Origin: Chitinophagales bacterium
Lineage (GTDB): Bacteria; Bacteroidota; Bacteroidia; Chitinophagales; CAIOSU01
NCBI GenBank assembly: GCA_026003335.1
Contig: BPHB01000004.1
Coordinates: forward strand, 2,316-66,315
Direction of reading: 5' to 3'
DNA: 64,000 nt
Positions within the stretch are counted from its first letter, which is position 1. Each line of letters opens with the position of its first letter. Under the pieces are notes generated by a model. The model had not been told where the DNA came from and searched no databases. It was given only the letters and a program-made list of their open reading frames with translations. Of this stretch, positions 40,001 to 51,000 are shown in pieces. A program made the position numbers and the translations under genes.

Positions 40001-42061
40001 GCATATGCCAAGCGTTATGTTGCGGAATACAGACGCTTTTTGGGTACAATTGAAAAAGCTGACATTACCATCATCGATGAATATCAGGTAGTTCCGGTTG
40101 GGGTTATCGGTCAGGTCAAAAAACTAAATAAAGCTGCTAAGGTAGTGATGTCAGGCGACTTGGCACAGGCAGTGAGCCTGCCTGTATATTTGGGTGAGAC
40201 GTTTCTGTCAAAGAATGAAGATGTAGATGCCATACCTGTAGGTACGCTCAGCCATTTTACTGAGGGGGTATCTGCGAATAAGCCCGATGTGTTATTCCTT
40301 CCTGGGCGCACTCTGGAGCCAGATGAAGAAACCGGTAAGATTTCTTTAGCTAACTCCCCAAATATATTGACAGAGCCATATCGCTTGTCCATGCGTTTCC
40401 GGTCAGGCTATAGTGTCCTTTCGGATTTCTTGGATAGCTTATCATCAAAAATCAATTTCTATATAGCATCAGGCACCCCCTTTGATAAGGATGCACATGA
40501 GATGGTTTCTGACATGCTGAACAGGGCAGCATCAAATGATTCGGTGAAGTATACGTATGACAGCAGTGGGCGTATCCAAGGGCTGTATGCGACCAATACC
40601 GAAAGTGACTTCATGGAACAGGTGATAAAGTTTGTCACATCGGTGTACTATGGTGAAGGAGGGGGGAAGTCAGTCAGCATCAAAGACGACCATATCTTTT
40701 TGGTATCAGATAAGACGCGTTTCAGGGAGAAACTGTCGGAGCGATTCAGTAGTGATGTGGTGGATTCGGTGATGAGGAAAACATATACCTTATCTGATGA
40801 ATTGAAGCTGAATGGCGTAGAGATAGATTATGTGTTTGTGGATACAGACGCTTTTGCCGGCTTGCCGGATGCGGGAGAAAGCGTAACCCAGAATAAGATG
40901 AATGTGATCCTTTCGCGTGCGAAGAAAGGGTTGGTTATATTAAACAGCGGCTTTAAGGGAATGGCGAAGCATGTAAACCGGCTGTCTGCGGCTTCTGCAC
41001 GCAACTTTAAAGAAGTGAAGGAGGCTAACTTGCAGGCATTAGCTGAGGTGTGGTTTGGCGGTGAAGACGCTACGCTGAAGATGACTTCGTCTTCAAAAAC
41101 GGTAACTTCGGATACAAGCAGCAAGGCAGATACGGGTGAAGAAGCCAAGTCAGAGGGATCTGAGGAGGCTGTAACGGCAACCCCTCCGCCGGCGCCTAAA
41201 GACGGAGACGGCAGTGGCGGTGCGGAAGTTGAGACCGGCGCGGAAGGTAAAGGTAGTGAAGCAGGGAAGACCTCTGATGAACTTGATAACGTTGAGATTG
41301 AAAAAGGAGAGGACCTTAAAGAAAAGAAATTGACCGGTGTCGAAGGGGAAGAGGGAGAGACAACCACGGAAGAAGGAACTACTACTACTGAAGGGGAATC
41401 GACTACGGAAGCAGGGACTACTGAGGAAGAAACTACTACTACGGAAGAAGAAGGTACTACTGAGGAAGGGACTACCGTAGTGGAAGAGGAACCCAAGAAA
41501 AAGGAGAAGAAGAGGAAGAAGGAAAGAAAGAAAAAAGAGAGGAAACCAAAGGAATCTGCGGTTGTTGAAGATGGCGTGACCAGTGAAGATAAAGGGAAGG
41601 CTAAGTCCTCGGCAACTGACACCTCTACTGAGACTGAGCCCGAAGGGGAGCTTGGTGAAGAGAAAGGGGATGAGACACAGAAAAAAGATGTAATAGATAA
41701 AGCAAAAGAAACATTAGATATGCGTAGTGATTTTGATGAAGCTAAGGCTAAGGACATTTTAAACCTCATTGGTAAATCATTAAAAGGCGAACTTACCAGT
41801 GAGGAACTTGACAGGCTCCATTCTTATTCAAGCCTCATTGACGGTATGTCTGAGACTGAGCGGGCTATTCTTGAGGATACGCTCAGAAGCCAAGTCAGAA
41901 GAAGCCGTGCGGCAGTTGAGTCTCTCTTGAATGAGGCTGCCGCCCAGTTGGGGGTGCCTGTTGACGAACTCCCATCCAGCATCAAAGAAATTGTTGAAGA
42001 CAGTATCAAAAAGATTGATGATACTGAAAAGATCATTGACGGTTTATGTAGAATCAAATAA
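34028..42061 (+). CDS. giant ejected virion protein 2 with an SF1-helicase-like P-loop domain
   Basis: 2677 aa. AMAGAGKTT, IIDEYQ, SGDLAQ, RFRSG and ILSRAKKG motifs; Gly/Ala hydrophobic segments; acidic linkers. Confidence 0.8.
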   Translation: MLTPPYKFLFQQDNTDVVSGAGSTDQSSPQDNGGNDPAIMNIAASGMAKLQSGLPVELSEEEETAIMTSSDMIPDPKLRSEVQDFYKKRIAEHKQFVGAVKQAAPVFYINDRRFRDSVSGALTVATTGRQIYGTLGNILSATGKTFTPIFDSPQTQFAYYNSEQTLNTVAPIIAGVDMDGIHAVRTGLNHEIIAPIAEYNSVYNLGKLYVGRPDTGSGEDVTFTDKMVKAGADQLLLGGGNTLIEEAWKAAEDAGYSKDEVKSILLRRDDKGAYLDLRDLPFDERRGKFMESLQTRIDDKVSDAVGIFDFSQDYSDEERSFMADNGLVFEYDPEKKRFYTKSVLMTMGDAYDYSMKYGGASLYRRLMTPGDLVEFNEYATKNFFNRFGSAFVNSAETLLNTVWVAKWNKLSQSSVKKELEKRFEESRAIFEKRRREDPVFAEEYKSFEEFERDQRDLLVKIATADNSLYYSETHHTLSWYQGAKLGELSGDLTAQIALTLPLTAGAGAIVRGAGVLGARVLASSPKIARLLGFGTQTGARLFQRASEVASKTSKISSRMARSVIGRRLASAYAFSASYMKKYGAQVLLNPGAYVGGLYAEHLSYVEAREKGLNVDAASTYADFAFYGAWLTEATMGLVSSMSGKMLGLAGREADEFVDAFRKELTNSIGSILERPSAKALATGAGKSLSKKLVGGIGTGVGAVGRFAGKMYGGYSKFMEKYFLTNVIKESIEEGAQETVEEFVNMLGGEYTEMKYGLSDSTFVYDPDMLFTEVFLATALGSLHVSALSAGLHTLRNRRSWGYNVSKDAQGNLTSMLVKYVVEGKQKALYDVIGEFSKNKMIGVYNKKYALPASLRGKAEDMSKFFEAMMTQQVRIIEEEVKREKERYKKLNLTKAEIADKVFETVSNRLKKRTESITEKSLFKLNEEELKQEDGRLEQARADLRQAIDSGDLVRAVLLNNVLANEELAYSELNLANSIVALSERKQKKEGEERTVVVEHVYSFKGKDYVLNPLTQTWEDYDPSRHKLLKDFDMDAVLSNEDMVKATFGDQSATVMEAMNKVRRLKQKHNAVSLLGLILLAEDSDRLLSDQDYVSELLNENVISDFVGSFSTAFEEMKVNEAFKEKLSEDPELNKLYDRLISALSEVEAAGNSVPALMAAFKELRNIIFENRNTPFMREIMKRMDALNTSATVASKEVYGLLKTLAGPDDDNDVRGAVNAFKHYAVAKLYNRHLYNNAVTTVLREVMDDKAMFLLGANFDTTSVLSDSLRYMIWLYMERDEPALDIKSVFTLSSKKLLNIEDDDEVINEETSLLLDTAKELVSGLGKEEAAGVPDVDRLKKAIDDYKEAREKLKEARDELYSGAKTHEEVIASLNAFNEAIGNHIASYRALGELINKILDNMPKVEEAYKARKIDELRAKVRAQIESSIQQEQTAPEENVEATKEATAEPEQATTEEVKAETEEQATQEEKATEEEAKAEVPPAAEEQAPVEEVPAEEAPATEEEAAAESKAPSEEEINALVEETLSALVPNIEEAVTNTKHAFISAVMNIHAVAYPDSVNAYIDGTSFLNEVLNKEKSVAQAIEYAKVFDGFDKIYNVITDTKDKFARILSSDVLSESVGEFTDKLVARHEELISKMKLHYVDKPARYMHEFDVLAPFLDDAEKEAVETAFAAYMLYQDRDIFEQIVPPDVLERFLNESEALHKASKFFETLAMALVVSFGLNNSLNKERGKEKDKALGDSGLAGEKSVYVDSMIDDINVMLSFLGSMSKIVEELGDPTLGYMVTQASNLKAFYNGEYEASGFPPYNGPVNYQEKEALIKKAFEKYDQFRSPDKPTLSTLATLSKPIKGREKRHDIPYTSFKKALYNASLALKDTPHLSPEQEYFVYKVLLDVFNPDRSIAHVLQAMAGAGKTTTMLYLMKTLDYLIELGKKEGAPWAKDIKGSFTIQMIVPFGGLYDKLNKTLKEIGFKNLSVKVKLFDLPIKKANESNEAYAKRYVAEYRRFLGTIEKADITIIDEYQVVPVGVIGQVKKLNKAAKVVMSGDLAQAVSLPVYLGETFLSKNEDVDAIPVGTLSHFTEGVSANKPDVLFLPGRTLEPDEETGKISLANSPNILTEPYRLSMRFRSGYSVLSDFLDSLSSKINFYIASGTPFDKDAHEMVSDMLNRAASNDSVKYTYDSSGRIQGLYATNTESDFMEQVIKFVTSVYYGEGGGKSVSIKDDHIFLVSDKTRFREKLSERFSSDVVDSVMRKTYTLSDELKLNGVEIDYVFVDTDAFAGLPDAGESVTQNKMNVILSRAKKGLVILNSGFKGMAKHVNRLSAASARNFKEVKEANLQALAEVWFGGEDATLKMTSSSKTVTSDTSSKADTGEEAKSEGSEEAVTATPPPAPKDGDGSGGAEVETGAEGKGSEAGKTSDELDNVEIEKGEDLKEKKLTGVEGEEGETTTEEGTTTTEGESTTEAGTTEEETTTTEEEGTTEEGTTVVEEEPKKKEKKRKKERKKKERKPKESAVVEDGVTSEDKGKAKSSATDTSTETEPEGELGEEKGDETQKKDVIDKAKETLDMRSDFDEAKAKDILNLIGKSLKGELTSEELDRLHSYSSLIDGMSETERAILEDTLRSQVRRSRAAVESLLNEAAAQLGVPVDELPSSIKEIVEDSIKKIDDTEKIIDGLCRIK

Positions 42062-42079
42062 TCATAAAAAGATATAGAT

Positions 42080-45000
42080 ATGGCTTGCTTGGACAAAGAC
42101 ACTTTGTTTTCACTTGTATTTGACCTTACCGACATAGTAGAAGACGCTAAAAGCAAAGTAGCTGCCGCCATCAAACAGGCAGTGAAGTCTGATAAAGAAG
42201 ATGTATTGAATAAAGCCATTGAGGAGGTGATTTCAACATCGCCTGTCCAATACCGTCCAGGTAAGATCAATGAATCTGATGGTGCTTCACCTGTCCTGAT
42301 TAAACTGGCGGATATGAATGCCGCCGGCAGCGGGCATTTTTCTTTTACCTTGGATGATTTTTTTGAAGCGGTAAAGAAAGCGTCAAGTAAGGAGCATGTG
42401 CGTGCTATCAACTACGCTATCGAAAAGTTCGGCGGGAAAGGGGGGTTGGTCTCCTTTGTAAATGGCTTGGCGGACATAGGTAATGGCTATTATATTAAGA
42501 TAGTTGACGGCCGGGAGTATACTTCCCCTTTATTCCCCCCAAACTTCTTCTATAACATAGAGAAGGAAGGACGTATGCGTAACCTTCTGGCAATAGGTAC
42601 ATACAAGAATGGTGATTTTGAGCCTATCGCCAGCTTAGGGTTTACCCGCCGTTCCGTCAAGTTTGGCAAGCCGGATGATCCGGGTTTATTCTACATCAGG
42701 TTTGACCCGCGTCGCTTTGCACAGCCTGATATCGGCACTTATGTAGATAAAGAAAACTATAAGAAAGGGAAGCGTAGACATGATATAACGATATCGAAGC
42801 TGAGGGAAAACCTTGGCGACGGTGTTTCCATGAGTGATGTAATGATCTATCACAAAGACTCCTTTGCCGGGGATGACCTGAAACGGCTTTATCCTTTCCT
42901 AAAGGACGGGACGCCTTTCGTGGTTATAGGGTATGAAGGCGGTGGGCGTGATGCCGGTACTAACCGTGACCTGTTCATAACATTAATGAACAGGCCGGAT
43001 AATTATAAGGAGCTGATGAGAGAGTATAAGCTCAGTGGTATCACTGACATCCTTCCTTATGTAAGCCTGTTACGTGTCAGCGCTTACGTTGACTTATATG
43101 ATGAGAACGGGGCTCTGTCTGATGATTTCTTAGAAGCATACCGTATTGCTTTCTCAAACTTGATTGGCTATTACTCTGATAAGAAAGGGCGTCCTACCCC
43201 CCTTGAGATCTCATTCGTTGACAAGAGTAAAAAAATCATCGAAGACAAAGCTATATTTAAAGACCCGCACAGGTACAAGATCGTAGATGCCACTGCATTA
43301 CAGTATATCAACAGAAGTAACATATTCAGGAAAGAACGGATACAGGACAATGCTTTATATGTGCTGACACATTATATAAGACAAGGGCTGGAGAAACTGC
43401 ATAAAGCCAAGAATGAGGACTTGTCGCCTGAGCTGCTCCGGCTGAAAAGGGAACTTGACACTGGAGGTTGGCTGGGATATGTGAATAAGCTATTGTCTAC
43501 ATATGACATCCTCCGTATCAATGGTAACAGGGATATACGTATAAACCACTACCCTATCGTATACATGGCGGCGCTGATGTCCAGAAACTATAACGAATTT
43601 TTCGGGGGGATTGATTCGGTCCCGGAAGAAAAAGAACGCATTTCAGTTCGCCGGTCGGTACAAGAGGTAACACCTGCTCCTAACAAACAGACAATAGAAG
43701 TACCGGCTGAGGATAAGCGTAAGTTCTTGTTAAACATAATTTATGATAACCCGGGAGATCTAAAGTCGGGTATGCGGCTAATCCCGGCGGCTACCTTCAT
43801 GGAAGATTTTGTTACTACCCGTGAGTCCGGGATAGGGATACCTATGATTTCGTCTTCTAATCCAATACATGCAAAAGCAGAGAAGAAAGTAGAGAGCGAC
43901 AAGGCGGCCGGTGTGGAGGTCGTCACGGCCGCCGACTTGGATAAAGAAGTCGATGACTCCGATACCGTCACGTCGGTTCAGGAGATGGATGACTTCTTGG
44001 ATCCTTTCGCCGGTGAGTCGGATGTATTTATAGACGAAGGAGAAACGCCACCTGCACAGAAGCCAAATTCAGGCTGGTTTAATAATACTATAAGCAGTGA
44101 TGATGGCATGTCATTGCGTCGTGTGGACCTGAATGACGGGATATCCTATGAACATGATGTAGAATATGTCAGCGGTATCATCAATGACTTGTTTGATGGC
44201 AAAGTAGAAGTGTCCTTTGCCGATTCGCTCTTTTATCGCGGGTCGGCATTGCATGGCCTTGCTACCAAAGCGTCGATAGTACTGCGTAAAGAACATGATA
44301 AGGCATCGCGTAGGGTGGCTGTCCATGAAGCCATACACCAGTTGAAATACTTCCTTTCTCCGGATCGTTATGAAGCCCTCTTGGCTGAGACTGCCGACGA
44401 TGCATTACGCCTCAAAGGGGATGATATCAGCAAGGCTACCAAAAAAGAGAAAGAAGAGTACCTTGCCAGGTGGGTAGAAGAATATGTAGATAAATTCTTG
44501 GATGATATCATATTAGGTAATTACTATAAGATAAGAAGAAGGCTGCCGTCTGCTATCAAGAGGGTGCTTGATATCCTTGTTAACCTGTATTTTAGAGCGC
44601 TCAAAGCACTGGGTGTTCTGGATAGCAATGCCCCCATCAATACTTTGTTCACACTCTTTTCAGGGGAGCTGCAGGATACCGAAGTGAAGCCTGTCAGCGA
44701 ATCTTTCGATACACGCATGGATGACAGCCCCGTGTATAAGGTAATGAATGCCATGTACGATGCGACGCGTTCGGTACTCAAAGGGGCATATGCGGCAACT
44801 AACGACATGGCTAAGCGCTTGTCTAAGGAAGCTAAGTCTTTATACGATGACAAGCAAGCCAACACATTGCTGTTTGAGCTGTTATATGCAAGTAAGACTG
44901 AGGTCGTACAGAACGTATTGAATAAGCTCATCAACGCCCATGGTAAGTTCAATTACCCGCCGGCTGATATAAATAATACTATAGCCCTCTTGAATTATTA

Positions 45001-48000
45001 CAAGCAAGCCGACTTGCCCCCGGAAGAGAAGCAAGCCGGCATCAGGATATTCACTAAAAAGCTACACAATATAATCAACCTGCTTACGGTTACTGACTAT
45101 GGTATCTTTGATTATGCAGCCATCCCCGGTGACATCTCAGAGTCTAAGTCCTACTTGAAAGGGTTTATTGAATTCGCAAAGAAGCAGGAGCTCTTTGGTG
45201 TTGACCGCTTCGGTGAATATGATATCAGCGACGCAAAGACCGCTGCCCGTTTCCTTGGGGAGTACAGACCGGGGGCTTTGAGTGCCTACCTCTTTGCGAT
45301 GGCTTATGTGGACCTGTACAATCAGAAATTAAAGGAATCAAATATTGATCTTCCTGAGATAACCGTCAATGACCTATACCTCTATAATAGGGAGACAGGG
45401 AGCAGTCATAATGTGATCATCACCGGGAGTTTCCTGTTCGCTTCCTTACTGTCTGACCAGGATAATGCTAAAAAATTGATGCGCAGTCCGTTCGCCTCAG
45501 AGGTGCTTCACCGTTTTATCAAGCTGTCGGTGCCACTGATGGATGAGTCTTCATTACGGATTTTGTATACTCAAATAATGAACAAAGATGGTGATGTAGA
45601 GTTCGTAGACGGCAAAGTAGTAACTAAGCTTGACAAAGCAAAAGAAGAGGGTATAAAAGAAGTAGAAGAGGCTAATATAGAAGAGATATATGATAATATA
45701 GAAGACTTCATTGAAGATATACTACTGTATTACAGGGAGAACATCGAAAATACGGTGATAGCCTCAGATGAGGTTACATGGCGCGATCAAGAGGAACAGA
45801 TGACCTTTAACTTTTCCGGTGCCATCCGTTTCTTAGTAAGCAGCACGCCTATCCTTAATTACAATACCTTAGGTGTCAGCAAGTCAGCCAAGTTACTTGA
45901 CAGTAAGGCTCAAAGCAAGGTGGTAGACATCAAGCGCTTGATGTCTTCCATCAAGGAAGGGGGGAGCAAAGAGAAGGCGCAAGCGTTCCTGAAAAAGGTG
46001 AGAGAAGACATGGAGTCGGGACGTGGGGCTCCTATCCTAAGGAAGATGAAGGATAACAACGGGGATGACCTGTATATATTTGAAAACTACGACCTGAGAG
46101 GGACTAATAAAGCGCTCAGAGAGGCTTTCTATGATTTCAGCACGATCACTTATTCTACCTATTCCAATTCAGACATAGTAACCTTAGGCAAGCTACTCCA
46201 GCTGTCTATCGGCTATGTGAATGACTATATCGAATTGGCAAAGATTGCAGGGGAGGAGATCACAAAAGACACTTATATTGAAGCGTTCAACTATGCTTTT
46301 TCCCAGTCAGGGAAGGCAGGGCTTGAATTTCATCGATTCTTCTCTTCTTTCTTTGTCCATTATGTACTCCCGGCGCTTGATGATAATAAGAAGTTGCGCT
46401 CATTGATGGTCACTTATAATAGCGACTATATCGCAAAGACACTGTCGTCGGTACTGCCTGCCTTGAGGTCGTTAAAAGAGAGTGTATCGGAAGATCCTGA
46501 TTTGAATACCCCTGAGATCAATGAGCTGATAGATAAGGTCATTGGGCGTAAGGGTAAGATGTCATATGTGTATACCCTATACAATACTAAGCGGGCGGAA
46601 TATGAGCGTAACGTGAAGGAAGGGCTCACCCAGCTCCTGAGTTATTATCCTTTTGAGCACCTTGAAGTAGACCTGACCGATAGTGATATTATAAAGCAAG
46701 AAGACGTAAAGAGTGGTATTAAGATAGAAAAAGTAGGGGCTGCGGAACTGCTGGCAAACAAGCTAATCAATCTGTTTTTCAGGAAAGCATCTACCGGCGA
46801 TGACTTCTTCTTCGGTGAGATGGTTTATGGGCATGGTAAGAGCGCCAAGCAGTATCAGCTGTTGGAAGCATTCAATAATGAATACATCCCATCGGTCGCT
46901 CATATCGCCAGTACTGTAAGTAGCCATTATGGTTACTTGACGGCTTCCGGGGTTAAGAAAGGCCCCATGATATCCGATAATCTCAGCTTAGATAAGTTTT
47001 TTGACCCGGTTTCAAAAGTAAATCTGCTGTCTGCCTTGCATGGGGAAGAACTATCCCCGGCAGCTGGCTTAGGAGTCGGCTTCATCACATCAAAGAGAGT
47101 GAAAGCACAGCTCCTGTCTGTACTCAGAAGTAAAGAGATAAAAGAGCTGCCTACTTCGAAAGATGCGGTAGATACGGTCATTAAAGAATATACAACGCAG
47201 TTTGGCACTAAGTACAAGGTGATAGGGGTAGGCGAGGTGCAGGTAGCCTACTTGGGTGAAATACACTCTTTCAAAGAGTCGCACCGTAGTGTCTTCTCTG
47301 TCAATTACGGTGATAACACCTTCGTAATCAGGACGATGGATGTATCCGACTTGCCTGAGCGTATTGCAAATAAATTAAGTCTTAAGTATAGCGAAGGGAG
47401 TCACGGTAAGCTGGGTATGACCGAAAGCGATGAAGCAGTGCGTGTGATGTCGTCACTGGCAAATACATTCTTTAGCCCGACGGACTACGGCTTTGTCGAT
47501 GTCAAGTCTTTCTTGAATGCGTTCGTATCGAATGTGTTCAATGCTTTATACTATTACTTTGAAGGGGATGAAGAGCCTGATAATAAGTATGAAAAGAGAA
47601 TAAGAGACAGTGTGCTCTCCTCTGTATATAAGCTTGGGGAGTTTACCGTTGAGTCGTCTGCTTATACAATGCAGACTTTGGCGGCGGCCAATAACGTCAT
47701 CCGCCTTGAGAGCGGGGATACCATCAACCCTTATTCGCTGTATAATGTAGCTCATGGTGTGTCGCGTACTTACGGTATGGGGGTTGCCCCTTTGCGCTTC
47801 GAACGCGTGAAAGGGCTTGAGCTCCCGGCACCCAAGTATGTAACCGAGGCAGGATATGGTTCGGTGTCTGAGGCAGTAGGGGCCGGCCACCTGAGGGGGA
47901 AGGCCGCTATCGTCGCCTCAGTGAAATCCATCCTTGATAACACATGGCATAGTGTGGATGACATGAAAGACCATGACTTCGCAGTCATGTCTTATTTCGG

Positions 48001-51000
48001 CATATTCTCCATCCCGGCGGTAGGTAAGAAGACATTCTTATCGCTACTCAATTCGATGGCTTATGACAAAGAGCAGTCTTGGCAGTTCCGCGAAAAGTAC
48101 TTCCCGGCAGTGGTGGCTGAGATCTACGCTGTGATAAAGGGGATTGAGGAAATAGAGGTGCCTGATACTGCGGGACTGGCGTCCATGGTTAATGAGATTG
48201 AATCCTACTACAAGTCGCTGGTAGGCAAGGATGAGCGCTCAGCAATGCTTGAATTGCGCAGCAAAGACTTAATCCCCGGAGTTACCTTCTCCATGTCAGT
48301 AGAGAATGGGAAGGTGAAGAGCTTATCCCTCCCTGATGCCCTCATGAAGATGATTGAACCCTTGATGAAAGGGCGCCGGGATGTTTTTGTAACCAACATC
48401 CTTGACACAGTAATCAAGGATGTTGAAGGCCTCTTCGAAATGATGGTAGGGGAAGCGCCTCTGTCGTCGGGAGCGTTGGTAGACATCGCTTCTGAGTTGG
48501 CTATGGGTCAAACGAACAAGAAGCTGGATGTGATCACGACGCTTGCGGTAGAGTATACTTATTACAACGCTGTAAAGGGCTATCTCTCCTCCGGGGATCT
48601 AAGTTACCTTGCACCGTGGGCAAGCAAGCGCGGGATGGAGCGTTTGAATGCCATGATACTTGAAGGCAAGCAGAGAGGCGAGAGTGAAAGTGAGATACGT
48701 GCGAAAGTGGCGTTGTTTGTGCTGGGCAGTGCGGCTGACGGTGAGGGGGCTCATTTCTCAGTCAAGCTTCCCTTCCTCAGCCCTACCGTCTATATCAAGA
48801 ACGACGGGGCTGCCAATGCCGTTGAGCAGTTTCTGGAAGACCTTGTCGAAGGTAAAAAAGACATACTGAATGAACTTGCAAGGAACACAAGTGACGGCTC
48901 TGCCATGTTGATAGAAGAGCTCACGGTAGATGATTTGTTAAGCAAACTGTTGGGAGAAGCATATGAACCGGCAAATAATAACGATACCCAGTTAAAAGTA
49001 TCTGAGACTAAGGCATATAAGCAATCAGTATTCCGTGAAGCTATATCGGACGCTCTCCATCATAGTGAGACAGCTAATCAGGCATACACATTTGTATTGC
49101 TACTTGAGCTCATAGACAGCTACCGTAACCATATCAAAGAGGAATACAGGCACTACATGGCTACGGCCGCCAACCAGACCTTGAAGAGCTTATTGACTCA
49201 ATTACGGTCACGGGAACGGAATAAGATCGTCGATGATGAAGATGGAGGACTGAAACGGGATGAGCGTGTCGCATCAGTCCTCTATAAACTCATATATACA
49301 GGATATAATAGTACTCTCTACCGCAGCCCGGTCAGCGTGTGGAAAGACACCGTCGTGAAGGAAGCGGAGCGCTCAGGATACATCGATTATATTCGTTCCA
49401 TCACAGGGAATGCTTCTTCTATCGAAGAGTTCGTGTCCATCCTTAAAGACAGGGTTGGCAAGGAGCTGATTGATTATATGGATGGTAGCTCGTTTATGCT
49501 CCCTGCCGAAGTAAGTGAAGGCGTATTTGAGAACTCAGAATACAGGGCGATTCTGATTAAAGGCTTCTATAATTTCCTTGACTTACTGTCTGATCCCGGC
49601 ACGCGTAATGAAGTCCTCACAAAAGACGGTCAGGACGCCTTCAGGAAGGGCAGGATAGAAGAGATACTTCTTGGGTTCTTTGACAAAGGCAGCGCTTATG
49701 GTGCCAATGTTAAATTCAGCCCTGCCTTCTACCGTAAGTTCGATGCCATCATTGACCGTTACTTGTTCCGGCATGCATCTATGATAGATGCGACAAGAAG
49801 TGAGGTCGTTCTGGAAGGGGCACCCTATCTGCCGTCGGATAACCGTGCCAAACGTGGCGGGGTGGAGAGCGGCTTCTCTACCGACTATGGATTCAATAAC
49901 CTGCAGGCATGGCATATGGGTATAGCCTTCTTTAGTGCTGCCGTCTCGTACCTTGGCAATCCATTACAGTTCGGTAGCATCGAAAATATGGTTAAGCGTT
50001 ATATCTATGTGCAAACCAGCCACAGCCGCGTATTCCCGGCTCCTATCCCTTACCTCTATTCCGGCAACTTGTTACGTTCTGATATACCTCAGAAAGGGCG
50101 CGCGGTCGTATTTAAAGGGCATACGTTCAATGAATTCCCCTTCTATGCCTCATTTGATTACGGGGCAACCTCCAAGTCTATGCCGGCTGACCAAGCCTTT
50201 GGTAGAGGGTATAATTTCCACAACCATCTGTCGTCACTGGGTATAGTGAAGCCGGCTACCAACGAAGTGAATGACGGTGGTGGGTATGCCTTGCCTTATG
50301 TCGTAGGTAATATACTCGGTCTTGAAAGCAAGCTGGCGCCCATCTATAAAGATACCGTAACTCAACCCTATAACAAGTTTGGAGGGTTTAGTGCCTTTAT
50401 CAAACATGCGCTTGTAGGGATAACGCCTTATATAGCCCTCAACTTTTCAGACAGGGCTTGGAATGTTTTGCATACCTTGTCAAGAAGTGAGAATGAAGAC
50501 CTGCATAATGAACTCTCCGGTATCTTCAAGCAAAAGCTTGATGAGTATCTGTCGAAACACAATAAAGACAATACCAAAGCAGCTATTGATTTCTTGGCAT
50601 GGCTGAGCAGTAATGACGGTGCCGAAGCTATTGAGAAGGTTTATGTCCGGCATATAAAAGACCTGAAATACACGATGGCTATCCCGCCCTCAGGGACTAA
50701 GATAGCTAAGAACTACTATGAACTCGATCTGTCACAGATAGCTGATGAGGATGCCAAGGTCATAGATACCGCTTCCATAGAATTCGATATAGAGAACTTC
50801 GGGCAGGTAACCAACCTGCATCAAGACATAGGCAGCAAGACCGATATTATCCTCCCGCGCCAGCACAAGCAAGTATTGCAAGCCACCGCCGCCAACATCA
50901 GCCTGTACGAAGACATAGAAGAGATATATGCTGAGATCCTTGATAACAAACGGGTGGTGATTGGTAGTATCCTGCTGTCAGTGTTAAAACATGGGGCTAA

